DNA of 52,934 nucleotides from positions 1-52,934 of the forward strand of contig NIVC01000823.1 of NCBI GenBank assembly GCA_002269645.1, in the 5' to 3' direction. Under the pieces are notes generated by a model. It was not told the DNA's origin. It saw nothing but the letters and a program-made list of their open reading frames with translations, and did no database searches. The stretch comes from Macrostomum lignano. Lineage: Eukaryota. Shown one piece after another: positions 34,085 to 47,720 of the stretch (its first letter is position 1; each line of letters begins with the position of its first letter). A program made the translations under genes and the position numbers.

Positions 34085-34955
34085 ATTCTGACCCTGTCAC
34101 AAAGATCCTGACACAATGAAAAGATCCTGACACAATGAAAAAGATTCTGACACAATCAACAAGATTTTCAAAGAATCAAGATTCTGACACAGTCACAAAG
34201 ATTCTGACACAGTCACAAAGATTCTGACACAATCAAGAAGATTCTGACACAGTCACAAAGATTCTGACACAATCAAGAAGATTCTGACACAATCAAGAAG
34301 ATTTTGACACAACCAAGAAGATTTTGACACAACCAAGAAGATTTTGACACAACCAAGAAGATTTTGACACAATCTAGAAGATTTTGACACAATCTAGAAG
34401 ATTCTGACACAATCTAGAAGATTCTGACACAATCTAGAAGATTTTGACACAATCTAGAAGATTTTGACACAATCTAGAAGATTCTGACACAATCAAGAAG
34501 ATTCTGACACAACCAAGAAGATTCTGACACAATCTAGAAGATTTTGACACAATCTAGAAGATTCTGACACAATCTAGAAGATTCTGACACAACCAAGAAG
34601 ATTCTGACACAATCTAGAAGATTTTGACACAATCTAGAAGATTCTGACACAATCTAGAAGATTCTGACACAACCAAGAAGATTCTGACACAATCTAGAAG
34701 ATTTTGACACAATCTAGAAGATTCTGACACAACCAAGAAGATTCTGACACAATCTAGAAGATTTTGACACAATCTAGAAGATTCTGACACAATCTAGAAG
34801 ATTCTGACACAATCAAGAAGATTTTGACACAATCTAGAAGATTCTGACACAATCTAGAAGATTCTGACACAATCTAGAAGATTCTGACACAATCAAGAAG
34901 ATTTTGACACAATCTATAAGATTTTGACACAATCTAGAAGATTCTGACACAATCT
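34085..34955. repeat. 20-bp minisatellite (AGAAGATTCTGACACAATCT)n
   Basis: Read directly. Confidence 0.95.
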
Positions 34956-36454
34956 GAAAACTAACAGAACTCCCAAGGCTGACACAAAAGACACTCACCC
35001 AACTGCAGCGATATTCCGCATCCACATTTTCTAACCAATTGATGGTCGCCAGTCACTTTTTCAGCTTGTTGTCAGGACTCGAACTCGCGGATCTCTAGCT
35101 TATATTATCCAGCATCAATAAAGTTCTCACATGGAGCGTCAGCAACAATGACCGCTAAGCTGTGTGAAACAATGGCTCCAATTGAACTTCTCTATATTTG
35201 TCCGTTGTTAAATGCGTGGGCAACCCCACCTCCGCATTGGTGATTGACTGACAGAGCTGGGGAGCTACTGGTGGGGGAGGGGAGTCAGGATAGGGCGATT
35301 GTGCCGCGCTCTCTGCTTTTTTGGCAAAAAGCAATCGGATTGCTCCGCCTATCTCTTAGTGCGTCTCTCCAGCTATTAAACACGATGAGGTGGGGTTGGG
35401 CGAGAGAAACCTGCACACTCTTCATTACTTTTTAGTAGCAGAAATGAAGGGTTCCGAGGTAGGCAGAGCGATGGACAGACACAGCAGCAGGAGCAGAGGG
35501 GGAATCCCCGTGGCGGCTGCCAACCAATCCGGCACGCGCTGACAGCTGATTGGTCCAGCGCCTTTGCTGACACGGCGGTGCCAGGGCTGCAATTAATTAT
35601 TAATTCGCCCCCCCTGTACTGCCTCTCCTCCCTCTCTCCGCCTCATCAACGCGGTCTAGCATGATTGACAGCTCTGGAGATGAGGGGTTGGCCGCGGCTT
35701 TGTCAGGTCTCTAAGCCACACTGAGCAGCAGCAGCAGCAGCAGCAATAATGATGCACAATGGGCTGTCCTCTTCTACTCTCTCTGTATCTTACTCGTGCC
35801 AGCTCAAGTGCCCGGCTCTCCCATGGTGCAGAAGACAGAGGAGCGGCATTGAAGAGAGACAGAGAGTGAGAGAATGGAGATGACAAGGCCGGCCTCCTGG
35901 CGTGAAGAAGCCCAGCCGCCGTCCCCACCGGGGACCGGGGACCCCCCGTGGTCAAGCGCCCCCAAAGGCATTAGCGCTGTTGCCAAGGGTCTATTAATAA
36001 GAGACCCCCCGTCTGCAACCGGTGAAATGCAATTCCAGCGGCCGCCGCAGGCCGAGAGTTCGATTTTCGTGAAGTGGCCCCGCCTTCCCTCAGCCACGGA
36101 GCTCTCGCAAGGCTACTCAACAGCCATTAGCCTGTCGTACTCGACGAGAGGTCTCAGTTGAAGCGCGAGCTGCACGATTTGCAGGTGAAGAGGATAGTTA
36201 TAAACATGCATCATTCGTTATGCCAGACGTAAAGAAACAATTAACGAAGGTAAAAGACCGGGGCGGGTTACGAAACCGGATTGCCAAGTGGAGCATGAGA
36301 GCCCCCGTGTGCTCGTGTGCGCCTAGCTTAGCTTAATTAAGGCTCAGGCATTTCGCTTATTTTATCTAATGGTTAAAAACCAGCTTACTAATGACAGAGG
36401 TTTCATTTGTTGCTAATATATTAACTTTAAGAAAAATGATGTGCCTTGGCATCT

Positions 36455-37805
36455 GGTTGAAGCCACATGATCCGCCCCCTACTTCCGGCTGAAGCCACGC
36501 AATCCGCCCTCCACTTCCTGCTGAAGCCACACAATCCGCCCCCTACTTCCTGCTGAAGCCACACAATCCGCCCCCTACTTTCGACTGAAGCCACATGATC
36601 CGCCCCTACTTCCGGCTGAAGCCACATGATCCGCCCCCTACTTCCGGCTAAAGCCACACAATCCGCCCTCCACTTCCTGTTGAAGCCACACAATCCGCCC
36701 CCTACTTCCTGCTGAAGCCACACAATCCGCCCCCTACTTCCGACTGAAGCCACGTGATCCGCCCCCTACTTCCGGCTGAAGCCACATGATCCGCCCCCTA
36801 CTTCCGGCTGAAGCCACACAATCCGCCCTCCACTTCCTGTTGAAGCCACACAATCCACCCCCTACTTCCTGCTGAAGCCACACAATCCGCCCCCTACTTC
36901 CGACTGAAGCCACACAATCCGCCCCCTACTTCCGACTGAAGCCACATGATCCGCCCCCTACTTCCGGCTGAAGCCACATGATCCGCCCCCTACTTCCGGC
37001 TGAAGCCACACAATCCGCCCCCTACTTCCGACTGAAGCCACATGATCCGCCCCCTACTTCCGACTGAAGCCACACAATCCGCCCTCCATTTTCGGGGCTG
37101 AAGACGCAATCCACCCGCCACTTCCAGGGTTGAAGCCACACAATCCGCCCCTACTTCCGGCTGAAGCCACACAATCCGCCCCTACTTCCGGTTGAAGCCG
37201 CACAATCCGCCCCCTACTTCCGACTGAAGCCACATGATCCGCCCCCTACTTCCGGCTGAAGCCACACAATCCGCCCTCCACTTCCTGCTGAAGCCACAAT
37301 CCGCCCCCTACTTCCGACTGAAGCCACACAATCCGCCCCCTACTTCCGACTGAAGCCACATGATCCGCCCCCTACTTCCAACTGAAGCCACATGATCCGC
37401 CCCCTACTTCCGACTGAAGCCACACAATTCGCCCCCTACTTCCGACTGAAGCCACATGATCCGCCCCCTACTTCCGACTGAAGCCACATGATCCGCCTTC
37501 CACTTCCGGTGCTGAAGCCACAATCCGGCCGCCACTTTCAGGGCTGAAGCCACACAATCCGCCTTCCACTTCCAGGGCTGAAGCCACACAATCCGCCCCT
37601 ACTTCCGGCTGAAGCCACACAATCCGCCCCCTACTTCTGGGGCTGAAGCCACACAATCCGCCTTCCACTTCCGGGGCTGAAGCCACACAATCCGCCTTCC
37701 ACTTCCGGGACTGAAGCCACACAATCCGCCTTCCACTTCCGGGACTGAAGCCACACAATCCGCCTTCCACTTCCGGGACTGAAGCCACACAATCCGCCCT
37801 TCACT
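36455..37805. repeat. About 32-bp minisatellite (CTGAAGCCACACAATCCGCCCCCTACTTCCGA)n
   Basis: Read directly. Confidence 0.93.
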
Positions 37806-38404
37806 TCCAAAGCATTCTAGCTCGTTTTTGAATAAAGTTGCATCTTCCGCTCCCCTACCTCCGTTAATTAGCTTTAATAATACCTGGACATGAATGAGAG
37901 CAAAGGTTCGCCGCCATCTTCATAGTTATAAGCATCAGCTGCCATCTGAGGTGCCGAAGCCTCCTTTTCTTTCAATCGCTCTCTTCTTCAGACCGATAAG
38001 TTCAGAGGAGCGAAGAGAAGGGAGGCCGAAAAGAGAGGTTGAAGGCCCCCAGGCATGCCGATATGCCTGACTGACACATGCCACAGACTGATAGGGAGCG
38101 AGCGCCATACCAATCCTCTTCTAGCTCTGCTGACTCTGCATTCAATTGAAGCATTCGAAATTCTAGTTCAGCTTCTTAGCCAAGTGCAGCAGCCGGGTGA
38201 GCTTCCCGTCTGGAACTGTGGAATCCGCTTTGAACAGCGGCTTAAAAAGAAGCTTAGGCGGATAAAAGTAAGGCACAGAGCTAGTAGTTAGAGGTATACA
38301 GAATATACTGAAGCACTTTAGAGTTTTGCCGTTCATACGAAGTATTTCTTATTCATTTATTGTATGGCTGGACATAAAAGCTTCCAGCCCTGTTGTGGCA
38401 GACC

Positions 38405-38985
38405 CAACAAGCTTCCGATCCACGTCAGGGCTGAACAACAAGCTTCCGGTTGAACAAGCTTCCGGTTGAACAACAAGCTTCCGGTTGAACAAGCTTCCGG
38501 TTGAACAACAAGCTTCCGGTTGAACAACAAGCTTTCGATTAAACAAAAGCTTCCGGTTGAACAACAAGTTTCCGATTGAACAACAAGCTTCCGGTTGAAC
38601 AACAAGTTTCCGGTTGAACAACAAGCTTCCGATTGAACAAGCTTCCGATTGAACAACAAGCTTCCGATTGAACAACAAGTTTCCGGTTGAACAACAAGCT
38701 TCCGATTGAACAAGCTTCCGATTGAACAACAAGCTTCCGATTGAACAACAAGCTTCCGGTTGAACAACAAGTTTCCGATTGAACAACAAGCTTCCGGTTG
38801 AACAACAAGTTTCCGGTTGAACAACAAGCTTCCGATTGAACAACAAGCTTCCGGTTGAACAAGCTTCCGATTGAACAACAAGCTTCCGATTGAACAACAA
38901 GCTTCCGATTGAACAACAAGCTTTCGATTGAACAACAAGCTTCCGATTGAACAACAAGCTTCCGATTGAACAACAAGCTTTCAAT
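38405..38985. repeat. 19/16-bp minisatellite (TTCCGATTGAACAACAAGC)n
   Basis: Read directly. It may lie in the PYROXD1 3' UTR (minus-strand AATAAA near 38356-38361). Confidence 0.92.
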
Positions 38986-39148
38986 CTACTTGAATTGAGA
39001 ACAACAGTTCAAAAAAACAGAGTAAAATGCAAATATGTTAATTTTTTATCAAGTAAAAAATGCTTGACTCGGAAGGCACAAGGCACAACACAACAATGTA
39101 CATTTAGCGCCAACCAATCAGAGACGCGCGATCCTCTCTACCTTATTG

Positions 39149-42100
39149 TCAGTCAAAATAGTCGTCAATGTCAACTCCGGGGTCAAGCAGATGCTCGCCA
39201 AACTGGCTGAGATCCAGCTGGTTGAGAATGAGATTCTCAAATGTCTCCTCAAGATCTGTCTCGCCAATAAGCACGCAGCCCTGTATTCGGCCGTTGCGCA
39301 TGACGCACTTCACGTACTCGACGCCTGGGGTCACACGAAGCAGCGCCTCGTATTCGCCGCTGGCCAAGCCTTGTGCGTTGTACAGGCCTGACAATTGGCG
39401 GGGGGCGAATTTCATACTGACTACTGACAGTAGCGTATAGGCATGAAAGCAAAACTGCAGGTGTCGCTTTGGAAACGTTTGCCGCAACCAGAAATCATTT
39501 GGCGCTAATATAAACCATTTGGCGCTAATATGAACCATTTGGCGCTAATAGAAACCATTTGGCGCTAATATGAACCATTTGGCGCTAATATGAACCATTT
39601 GGCGCTAATACAAACCATTTGGCGCTAATATAAACCATTTGGCGCTAATATGAACCATTTGGCGCTAATATAAACCATTTAGCGCTAATAGAAACCACTT
39701 GGCGCTAATATAAACCATTTGGCGCAAATATAAACCATTTGGCGCTAATATAAACCATTTAGCGCTAATAGAAACCATTTTGCGCTAATATGAACAATTT
39801 GGCGCTAATATAAACCATTTGGCGCTAATAGAAACCATTTTGCGCTAATATGAACCATTTGGCGCTAATATAAACCATTTGGCGCTAATAGAAACCATTT
39901 GGCGCTAATATAAACCATTTGGCGCTAATATAAACCATTTGGCGCTAATATGAACCATTTGGCGCTAATATAAACCATTTGGCGCAAATATAAACCATTT
40001 GGCGCTAATATAAACCATTTAGCGCTAATAGAAACCATTTTGCGCTAATATGAACCATTTGGCGCTAATATAAACCATTTGGCGCTAATAGAAACAATTT
40101 GGCGCTAATATAAACCATTTGGCGCTAATAAAAACCATTTTGCGCTAATATGAACCATTTGGCGCTAATATAAACCATTTGGCGCTAATAGAAACCATTT
40201 GGCGCTAATATAAACCATTTGGCGCTAATAGAAACCATTTGGCGCTAATATGAACCATTTGGCGCTAATATAAACCATTTGGCGGTAATATAAACCATTT
40301 AGCACTAATATAAACCATTTGGCGCTAATATAAACCATTTGGCGATAATATAAACCATTTGGCGCTAATATGAACCATTTGGCGCTAATATAAACCATTT
40401 GGCGCAAATATAAACCATTTGGCGCTAATATAAACCATTTAGCGCTAATAGAAACCATTTGGCGCTAATATGAACCATTTGGCGCTAATTTAAACCATTT
40501 GGCGCTAATATAAACCATTTGGCGCTAATATAAACCATTTGGCGCTAATAGAAACCATTTGGCGCTAATATGAACCATTTGGCGCTAATATAAACCATTT
40601 GGCGGTAATATAAACCATTTAGCGCTAATATAAACCATTTAGCGCTAATAGAAACCATTTTGCGCTAATATGAACCATTTGGCGCTAATATAAACCATTT
40701 GGCGCTAATAGAAACAATTTGGCGCTAATATAAACCATTTGGCGCTAATAGAAACCATTTTGCGCTAATATGAACCATTTGGCGCTAATATAAACCATTT
40801 GGCGCTAATAGAAACCATTTGGCGCTAATATAAACCATTTGGCGCTAATATAAACCATTTGGCGCTAATATGAACCATTTGGCGCTAATATAAACCATTT
40901 GGCGGTAATATAAACCATTTAGCACTAATATGAACCATTTGGCGCTAATATAAACCATTTGGCGATAATATAAACCATTTGGCGCTAATATGAACAATTT
41001 GGCGCTAATATAAACCATTTGGCGCAAATATAAACCATTTGGCGCTAATATAAACCATTTAGCGCTAATAGAAACCATTTGGCGCTAATATGAACCATTT
41101 GGCGCTAATTTAAACCATTTGGCGCTAATATAAACCATTTGGCGCTAATATAAACCATTTGGCGCTAATAGAAACCATTTGGCGCTAATATGAACCATTT
41201 GGCGCTAATATAAACCATTTGGCGGTAATATAAACCATTTAGCGCTAATAGAAACTATTTGGCGCTAATATAAACGATTTAGCGCTAATATAAACCATTT
41301 GGCGCTAATAGAAACCATTTGGCGCTAATATAAACCATTTGGCGCTAATATAAACCATTTGGCACTAATTAAAACCATTTAGCGCTAATAGAAACAATTT
41401 GGTGTCAATAGAAAATAGTTGGCGTTACATAAAAGACAGCAAAGCACAGGCAGTGAGGCGCCGTGGGAGGCAGTGAGGCGCTGTGGGAGGCAGTGAGGCG
41501 CCGTGGGAGGCCAGCATGGCTGGGCAAGAAGCGAACACGACAGCGGCGAGCGACTCACCCAGCAGCACGATCTTGTAGCTGAAAAACCGGGTGACGTGGG
41601 TGAACAGCTCGAAGCCGATGTCCAGCGGAGGCGGTGACTCGCCCCGCCTGGCCGCCGACATGCAGCGGGCGGCAAACGAGCCGGTCTGGCGCGCCTGCGA
41701 CCACAGGCGCATCTGAAACCACAGCCGCGTCTCCTCCGCCGCCGAGGAAGTCTCGCCGTCGGACGACCAACCGGCGCAGCCGCAAGCGTCACCGGCGGCG
41801 AACACGTGCGCCAAGGAGCTGCGCATGCCGCGGTCGACGGCCACGGCGCCCTCAGCATCCAGCGCCGGACCGACGCCGCCGTCGGCCAGCAGGGCGGTCG
41901 GCGTCACTCCGGTTGCGCTGACGATCAAATCGACGCCCAGCAGTTCGCCGTTGCTGAGCGCGGCGAACACCGGCCAAGAATCGGTCGGAGCGGTGGTGTC
42001 GGTCGGGAGCAGCTCGGCGGCCTCCTTGGGGCTCAGAAGGCTGACGACCTCCACCGAGTAGATTATTCGAGTCTCCGCGGCGTCGCCTGCCGACGTCGCC

Positions 42101-44178
42101 GCTGTCGCTGCCGGTGCAGCTGTCGGTGCCCATGCCGATGCCGATGACGGTGCCGGTGTCGATGCCGATGTTGGTGTTAATGTCGGTGCTGATGGCAGTG
42201 CCGATGTCGGTGCCGATGTTAGTGTCGCTGCCGATGTCGGTGCTGATGTCGGTGCTGACGTCGGTGCCGATGTCGGTGCCGATGCTGGTGTCGCTGTCGA
42301 TGTCGGTGTTTCTGCCGACCTCGACGATGCACCGACGCAGCCGCTAAGTTTAAAGCCGCTCGACCAGTCGGGGCCAAGGGCGCTTCCGGGAAACTGCTGA
42401 CGCATCTGTTGCTGCTCTTGCTGCCTCTGCTGCTTAAGCGGGGGAGGGGCCGAGTCCTCGGCAAGTTGGAATCTGCAAAGGACCGAAAGGAAGCCGATAA
42501 ATATTAAAAAGCCCCACCGTCTCCATTCCCTGACACCCCACCGTCTCCATTCCCTGACACCCCACCGTCTCCATTCCCTGACACCCCACCGTCTCCATTC
42601 CCTGACACCCCACCGTCTCCATCCCCCTGACGCCCCGACCGTCACCTCCGATGCTTAGTCACGCCGGGCTTGTCGACCCTCACGCCGCCAGGCCGCGCCA
42701 GACTGGGCAGCAGGAACTGGGCGGCGCCGGCGTCAAAGAACACGGCTCCGATGGAGTCCTGGCGAACCGCCCACACGACGTCGACGTTGCGCAACTCGTA
42801 GACCAGCTCGGTGGCGATGCCGCCGTTGCCAACGACAAGGACGCGTCGACACGTCGACAACTTCTTGGACAGGTCGGCCACTGTCTCAGTGTCGCGAATG
42901 CCCACAACCAGATCCGGGTGCTGCCGGGCCTGCGGAATCAGCTTCGGCGAAGCGCCGGTGCACAGGCACAGCTCGCCGTAGCCGATCCTGACCTCGGCAG
43001 CTTCGCCGGCTGCTGACGGCTCCGGATTGGCCAGCGAGGCGCGGAGCTGCCGAGTCTCCGCGTTGAAACCGGTGCAGCTGGCGTGCAGGACGCTAACGCT
43101 GCCGCAGCCGCTTCGCTGACGCTGCTGCCGCTGGAACTCGGCTAGCGGCCGCTCCTGGGATGGTCGGTGAGGTGTCAGTTGAGTCGGTGAGGTGTCAGCA
43201 GAGTCAATGGGGTGTCAGTAGAGACAGTGAGGTGTCAGTTGAGTCAGTGGGGTGTCAGTTGAGTCAGTGAGGTGTCAGTTGAGTCAGTGGGGTGTCAGTT
43301 GAGTCAGTGAGGTGTCAGTTGAGTCAGTGGGGTGTCAGTTGAGTCGTTGAGGTGTCAGCAGAGTCAGTGAGGTGTCAGTTGAGTCAGTGGGGTGTCAGTT
43401 GAGTCGGTGAGGTGTCAGTTGAGTCAGTGAGGTGTCAGTTGAGTCAGTGGGGTGTCAGTTGAGTCAGTGAGGTGTCAGTTGAGTCAGTGGGGTGTCAGTT
43501 GAGTCAGTGAGGTGTCAGTTGAGTCAGTGAGGTGTCAGTTGAGTCAGTGAGGTGTCAGTTGAGTCAGTTAGGTGTCAGTTGAGTCAGTGGGGTGTCAGCA
43601 GAGTCAGTGGGGTGTCAGCAGAGTCAATGGGGTGTCAGCAGAGTCAATGGGGTGTCAGCAGAGTCAGTGAGGTGTCAGCAGAGTCAATGGGGTGTTAGCA
43701 GAGTCAGTGGGGTGTCAGCAGAGTCAGTGGGGTGTCAGCAGAGTCAATGGGGTGTCAGCAGAGTCAATGGGGTGTCAGCAGAGTCAATGGGGTGTCAGCA
43801 GAGTCAATGGGGTGTCAGCAGAGTCAATGGGGTGTCAGTAGAGACAATGGGGTGTTAGCAGAGTCAATGGGGTGTCAGTAGAGACAATGGGGTGTCAGTA
43901 GAGACAGCAATCCAAAAAAGACCCGCCCTCAGCCGATAAACCTCAACGTCGAACTCTTCCAGCAGTTTGGTGACGGGCCGCAGGTTGGTGACGGCTTTGA
44001 CCACAGGCGAGGCGGACACAATCAGCACCCGGGCGTCCGGCTCCACCGCTGCCAGGGTCTCCGCGCAGGTGACACCGGCAATGCCGCCGCCCACAATGAC
44101 AAAGTCGTATTGGTGCTCGGCCGCCAGAAAACGGGCGAGGTTTGCCTCGCTGTCAGAGCAACTGTTGAATGCCACTTG
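39149..44178 (-). CDS. PYROXD1: Pyridine nucleotide-disulphide oxidoreductase domain-containing protein 1; exons 43942-about 44178, 42646-43154, 41559-42472, 39149-39387 (5' end unresolved)
   Basis: Collinear matches to remembered human PYROXD1: [157 protein letters not shown]. Junction phases 0,2,1 are consistent. Confidence 0.95.
39495..41400. repeat. 20-bp minisatellite (GGCGCTAATATAAACCATTT)n with a 620-bp higher-order duplication (intronic)
   Basis: Read directly. The variant order at 40281-40500 recurs at 40901-41120. Confidence 0.96.
42515..42640. repeat. 24-bp minisatellite (CCCCACCGTCTCCATTCCCTGACA), about 5 copies, filling the 173-nt intron 42473-42645
   Basis: Read directly. Confidence 0.9.
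43165..43905. repeat. 20-bp minisatellite (GGTGTCAGTTGAGTCAGTGA)n filling intron 43155-43941
   Basis: Read directly. Confidence 0.95.
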
Positions 44179-44179
44179 C

Positions 44180-44765
44180 TGGTGCACCAGTCTGCCTATG
44201 TTGAGCTTGCAGGGATCTGTCACTCCAGCACCACTCTGCCTATGTTGAACTTGCAGGGATCTGTCACTCCAGCACCACTCTGCCTATGTTGAGCTTGCAG
44301 GGATCTGTCACTCCAGCACCAGTCTGCCTATGTTGAGCTTGCAGGGATCTGTCACTCCAGCACCACTCTGCCTATGTTGAACTTGCAGGGATCTGTCACT
44401 CCAGCACCACTCTGCCTATGTTGAGCTTGCAGGGATCTGTCACTCAAGCACCAGTCTGCCTATGTTGAGCTTGCAGGGATCTGTCACTCCAGCACCAGTC
44501 TGCCTATGTTGAGCTTGCAGGGATCTGTCACTCCAGCACCACTCTGCCTATGTTGAACTTGCAGGGATCTGTCACTCCAGCACCAGTCTGCCTATGTTGA
44601 ACTTGCAGGGATCTGTCACGCCAGCACCAGTCTGCCTATGTTGAACTTGCAGGGATCTGTCACTCCAGCACCAGTCTGCCTATGTTGAACTTGCAGGGAT
44701 CTGTCACGCCAGCACTACTCTGTCTATGTTGAACTTGCAGGGATCTGTCACTCCAGCACCAGCCC
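44180..44765. repeat. 44-bp minisatellite (CTGCCTATGTTGAACTTGCAGGGATCTGTCACTCCAGCACCACT)n
   Basis: Read directly. It abuts the first recognisable PYROXD1 exon. Confidence 0.95.
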
Positions 44766-45723
44766 CAATAAAAGCCTGGCAGATCTCTGAAAACTATCCT
44801 TTCTGTTCTAAATAAGTGTTGCAAAAAAATCAAGTTTATGAAAACGCTGCGTATGGCAAGTTTGAAAAATGAAGCAGACAAAAAGTTTAGCACGGGTGCA
44901 GGTGCACTTATACACAACACACCCGCCAACACATACAAACACACACAAACAATATAAACTGTCATTTTATTTTTTTAACAAGCTTTCAAAAAGTTGCACA
45001 ATGCAAACGGGTCTCTTTACATTTTTGATCTTCAAAAATAAAGTTCAGAGTTGGGAGGAATATCGGTAAAACAAAAAACAATTCCTGACAACGGAGATAA
45101 AAAAAATCTCGGACAAAAGTCTGCAGAGATTAAAAGTACATTTGAATGATAGTTATTCTCACTTTGTTCGCGCACTTAAAGTACAAACACTGAGGTGTAC
45201 TGTAATAATAACTACAAAACATTATAAGATAACAATACTGAGACACTGTGCAAATAACTAGCAAAATATTTTTTGTAAATATTTTATCCGTTGAAAAGTA
45301 GAACAAAACACCAACTGAGATAGCAAGACCAGACCTTTTTGACTCGGAACGAAAGACACAAAGCACACGAAAAGTACATAAGAGATATAAATAACAAATT
45401 AACTAATCTGTTATACAATAGAAAAAATAACTTCAATATTTTGAAAATGGACCAAAATATTCGTAGTAACTAGCTGTTTAGCTACCGTAAAGCAAAAAAT
45501 AGAAACAAAAAGTAGCAATTCGACTTGCACACTGAGTACCGCGTTGAGTGAAAATTAAAATATAAAATTTTTTTTGGTTGGTTAAACGCGAACGAAAATT
45601 TTGACGATAGATTTTTTTGCCTCAAAAACACAATACAAGCGATAAGCGCCAAACAAAAAAACACTTTTCTAGGGAATTTCTGAAGCTAACCGGAATATTT
45701 AAGCTTGCGTGTGTAGCAGGTGC

Positions 45724-45920
45724 ACATTGGGGGGGGGGAGAGGTTGACTGGAAGGGAGCGAGTGTACATTGGGGGAAGAGGTTGGCTGGCCGGGAGCGAG
45801 TGTACATTGGGGGAAGAGGTTGGCTAGCCGGGGGTGGGTGTACATTGGGGGAAGAGGTTGGCTAGCCAGGGGCGGGTGTACATTGGGGGAAGAGGTTGGC
45901 TAGCCGGGAGCGAGTGTACA
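45724..45920. repeat. 38-bp minisatellite, about 5 copies (GTGTACATTGGGGGAAGAGGTTGGCTAGCCGGGAGCGA)
   Basis: GTGTAC recurs at 45762, 45800 and 45838. Confidence 0.85.
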
Positions 45921-47314
45921 TCAAGGGCGGCTCAAAATCGACATAAAAAGCTTAATAAATACAAAATGCCACGAAAAGCAGAGCAAAAATTGCACAAAAA
46001 ACTTTAAAGCCAGTAGAGTAAAAACAAATGACAATTAAATGAGTGTGAGATATTTCGATAGTCCAATCGGGTTTTAAAAAATTGCTTTATGCATTAACAT
46101 TTAAAAAACAATCTTACACATTCTAATGATGCCATGGAATAAGGACTCTATTGTAGGAGCATAGAGTAACAACTCTTTGCCAACCATTTTCAGACCAGTA
46201 TAGGCTGACTGCAATGGTTCCTCCGATGAAAACGGTACCTAGGCCAAGAAGCGTCCCTCAATAAAAGATTAGTAATTGTGCATTCTCCAATATGTATTGT
46301 GCGTCAAACTGAAAACTCAGGGGTTGAATACTCCGCGTTCACCTTGCTTGACCCCCATCGTCAGGCCGGATCACAGCAGCAGTGTAGCGTCAGTTCCGGC
46401 AGTTGGCGGCTGCTGCTGCTGGCGACCCGGGGCCTCATCAGCACCGCCTCCAGTCGCAGTGCCATCGCCGTCCAGACTGGCCAGGACCTCCGTGGCCATC
46501 GTGTAAGAGTCCCGACGCACTGCGGAACGGTTCGTCAGTGAATATAGTTTTCAGCAAGGGGGCGCTGACCCCTGAGCACGCACAAGCTCACGAATGTACA
46601 CTTCATCTGCCATCGGGGGCTGGGGCTCCTCGCTAGTGTGAATCGCAAGACACCCCCTCCCGAGGCCAAATTTTGTGCACACGAATCCAAAGAGAGATTG
46701 CAGTATAAAAAATCATAGCATAGTCAATGCTCGCTACTGATTAGTAGACGATTATTGATTTGTTTTTTTAAAAACTACAAGATGATAGACCAGGTGGGAT
46801 GAAGGAAAAATTATAGGAGAAAGGGGAGAAAAAAGATCGGGAGAAGAGGGGGGGGGGCAGGGACACGCAACTGAGAGGACGCCAGGCGCGCGGCAGCAAA
46901 GTGAAACGGGAGGGGGGCAAAGCAAAGCACGCCACGGCCATGCGAACAGCCCATCTCCACCTGTCAAGCGATGCTGCGTTCGCAAATAGCTGCAGATTAG
47001 AGCTAAATTAGGAGTTGTCCTTTCAAGCTCCAGTGCAGGTCTCGAGTTCAACCTGCTATACCCTACTATCCACTCTCAATATGGCTAACATTACAGTTTC
47101 ACAGACACGGCTGTGCGTGACAAGGGCGCGGCGTTAATGGGATTTCTAATGAAGGCTCTGACAAACAAACCGTACAGAGAAGGGCCAAAGGCGAAGCAAG
47201 AAATTTTCGAACAAGCAGCACCTAAAAGACAGCAGACTGCAGAGAAACTGTGAAAGAGCGCAAGGAGAGCCGTGTATTTCAGTTCGCAGAATTGAGCCAG
47301 AAATACAGACAGAG

Positions 47315-47720
<406 letters not shown>

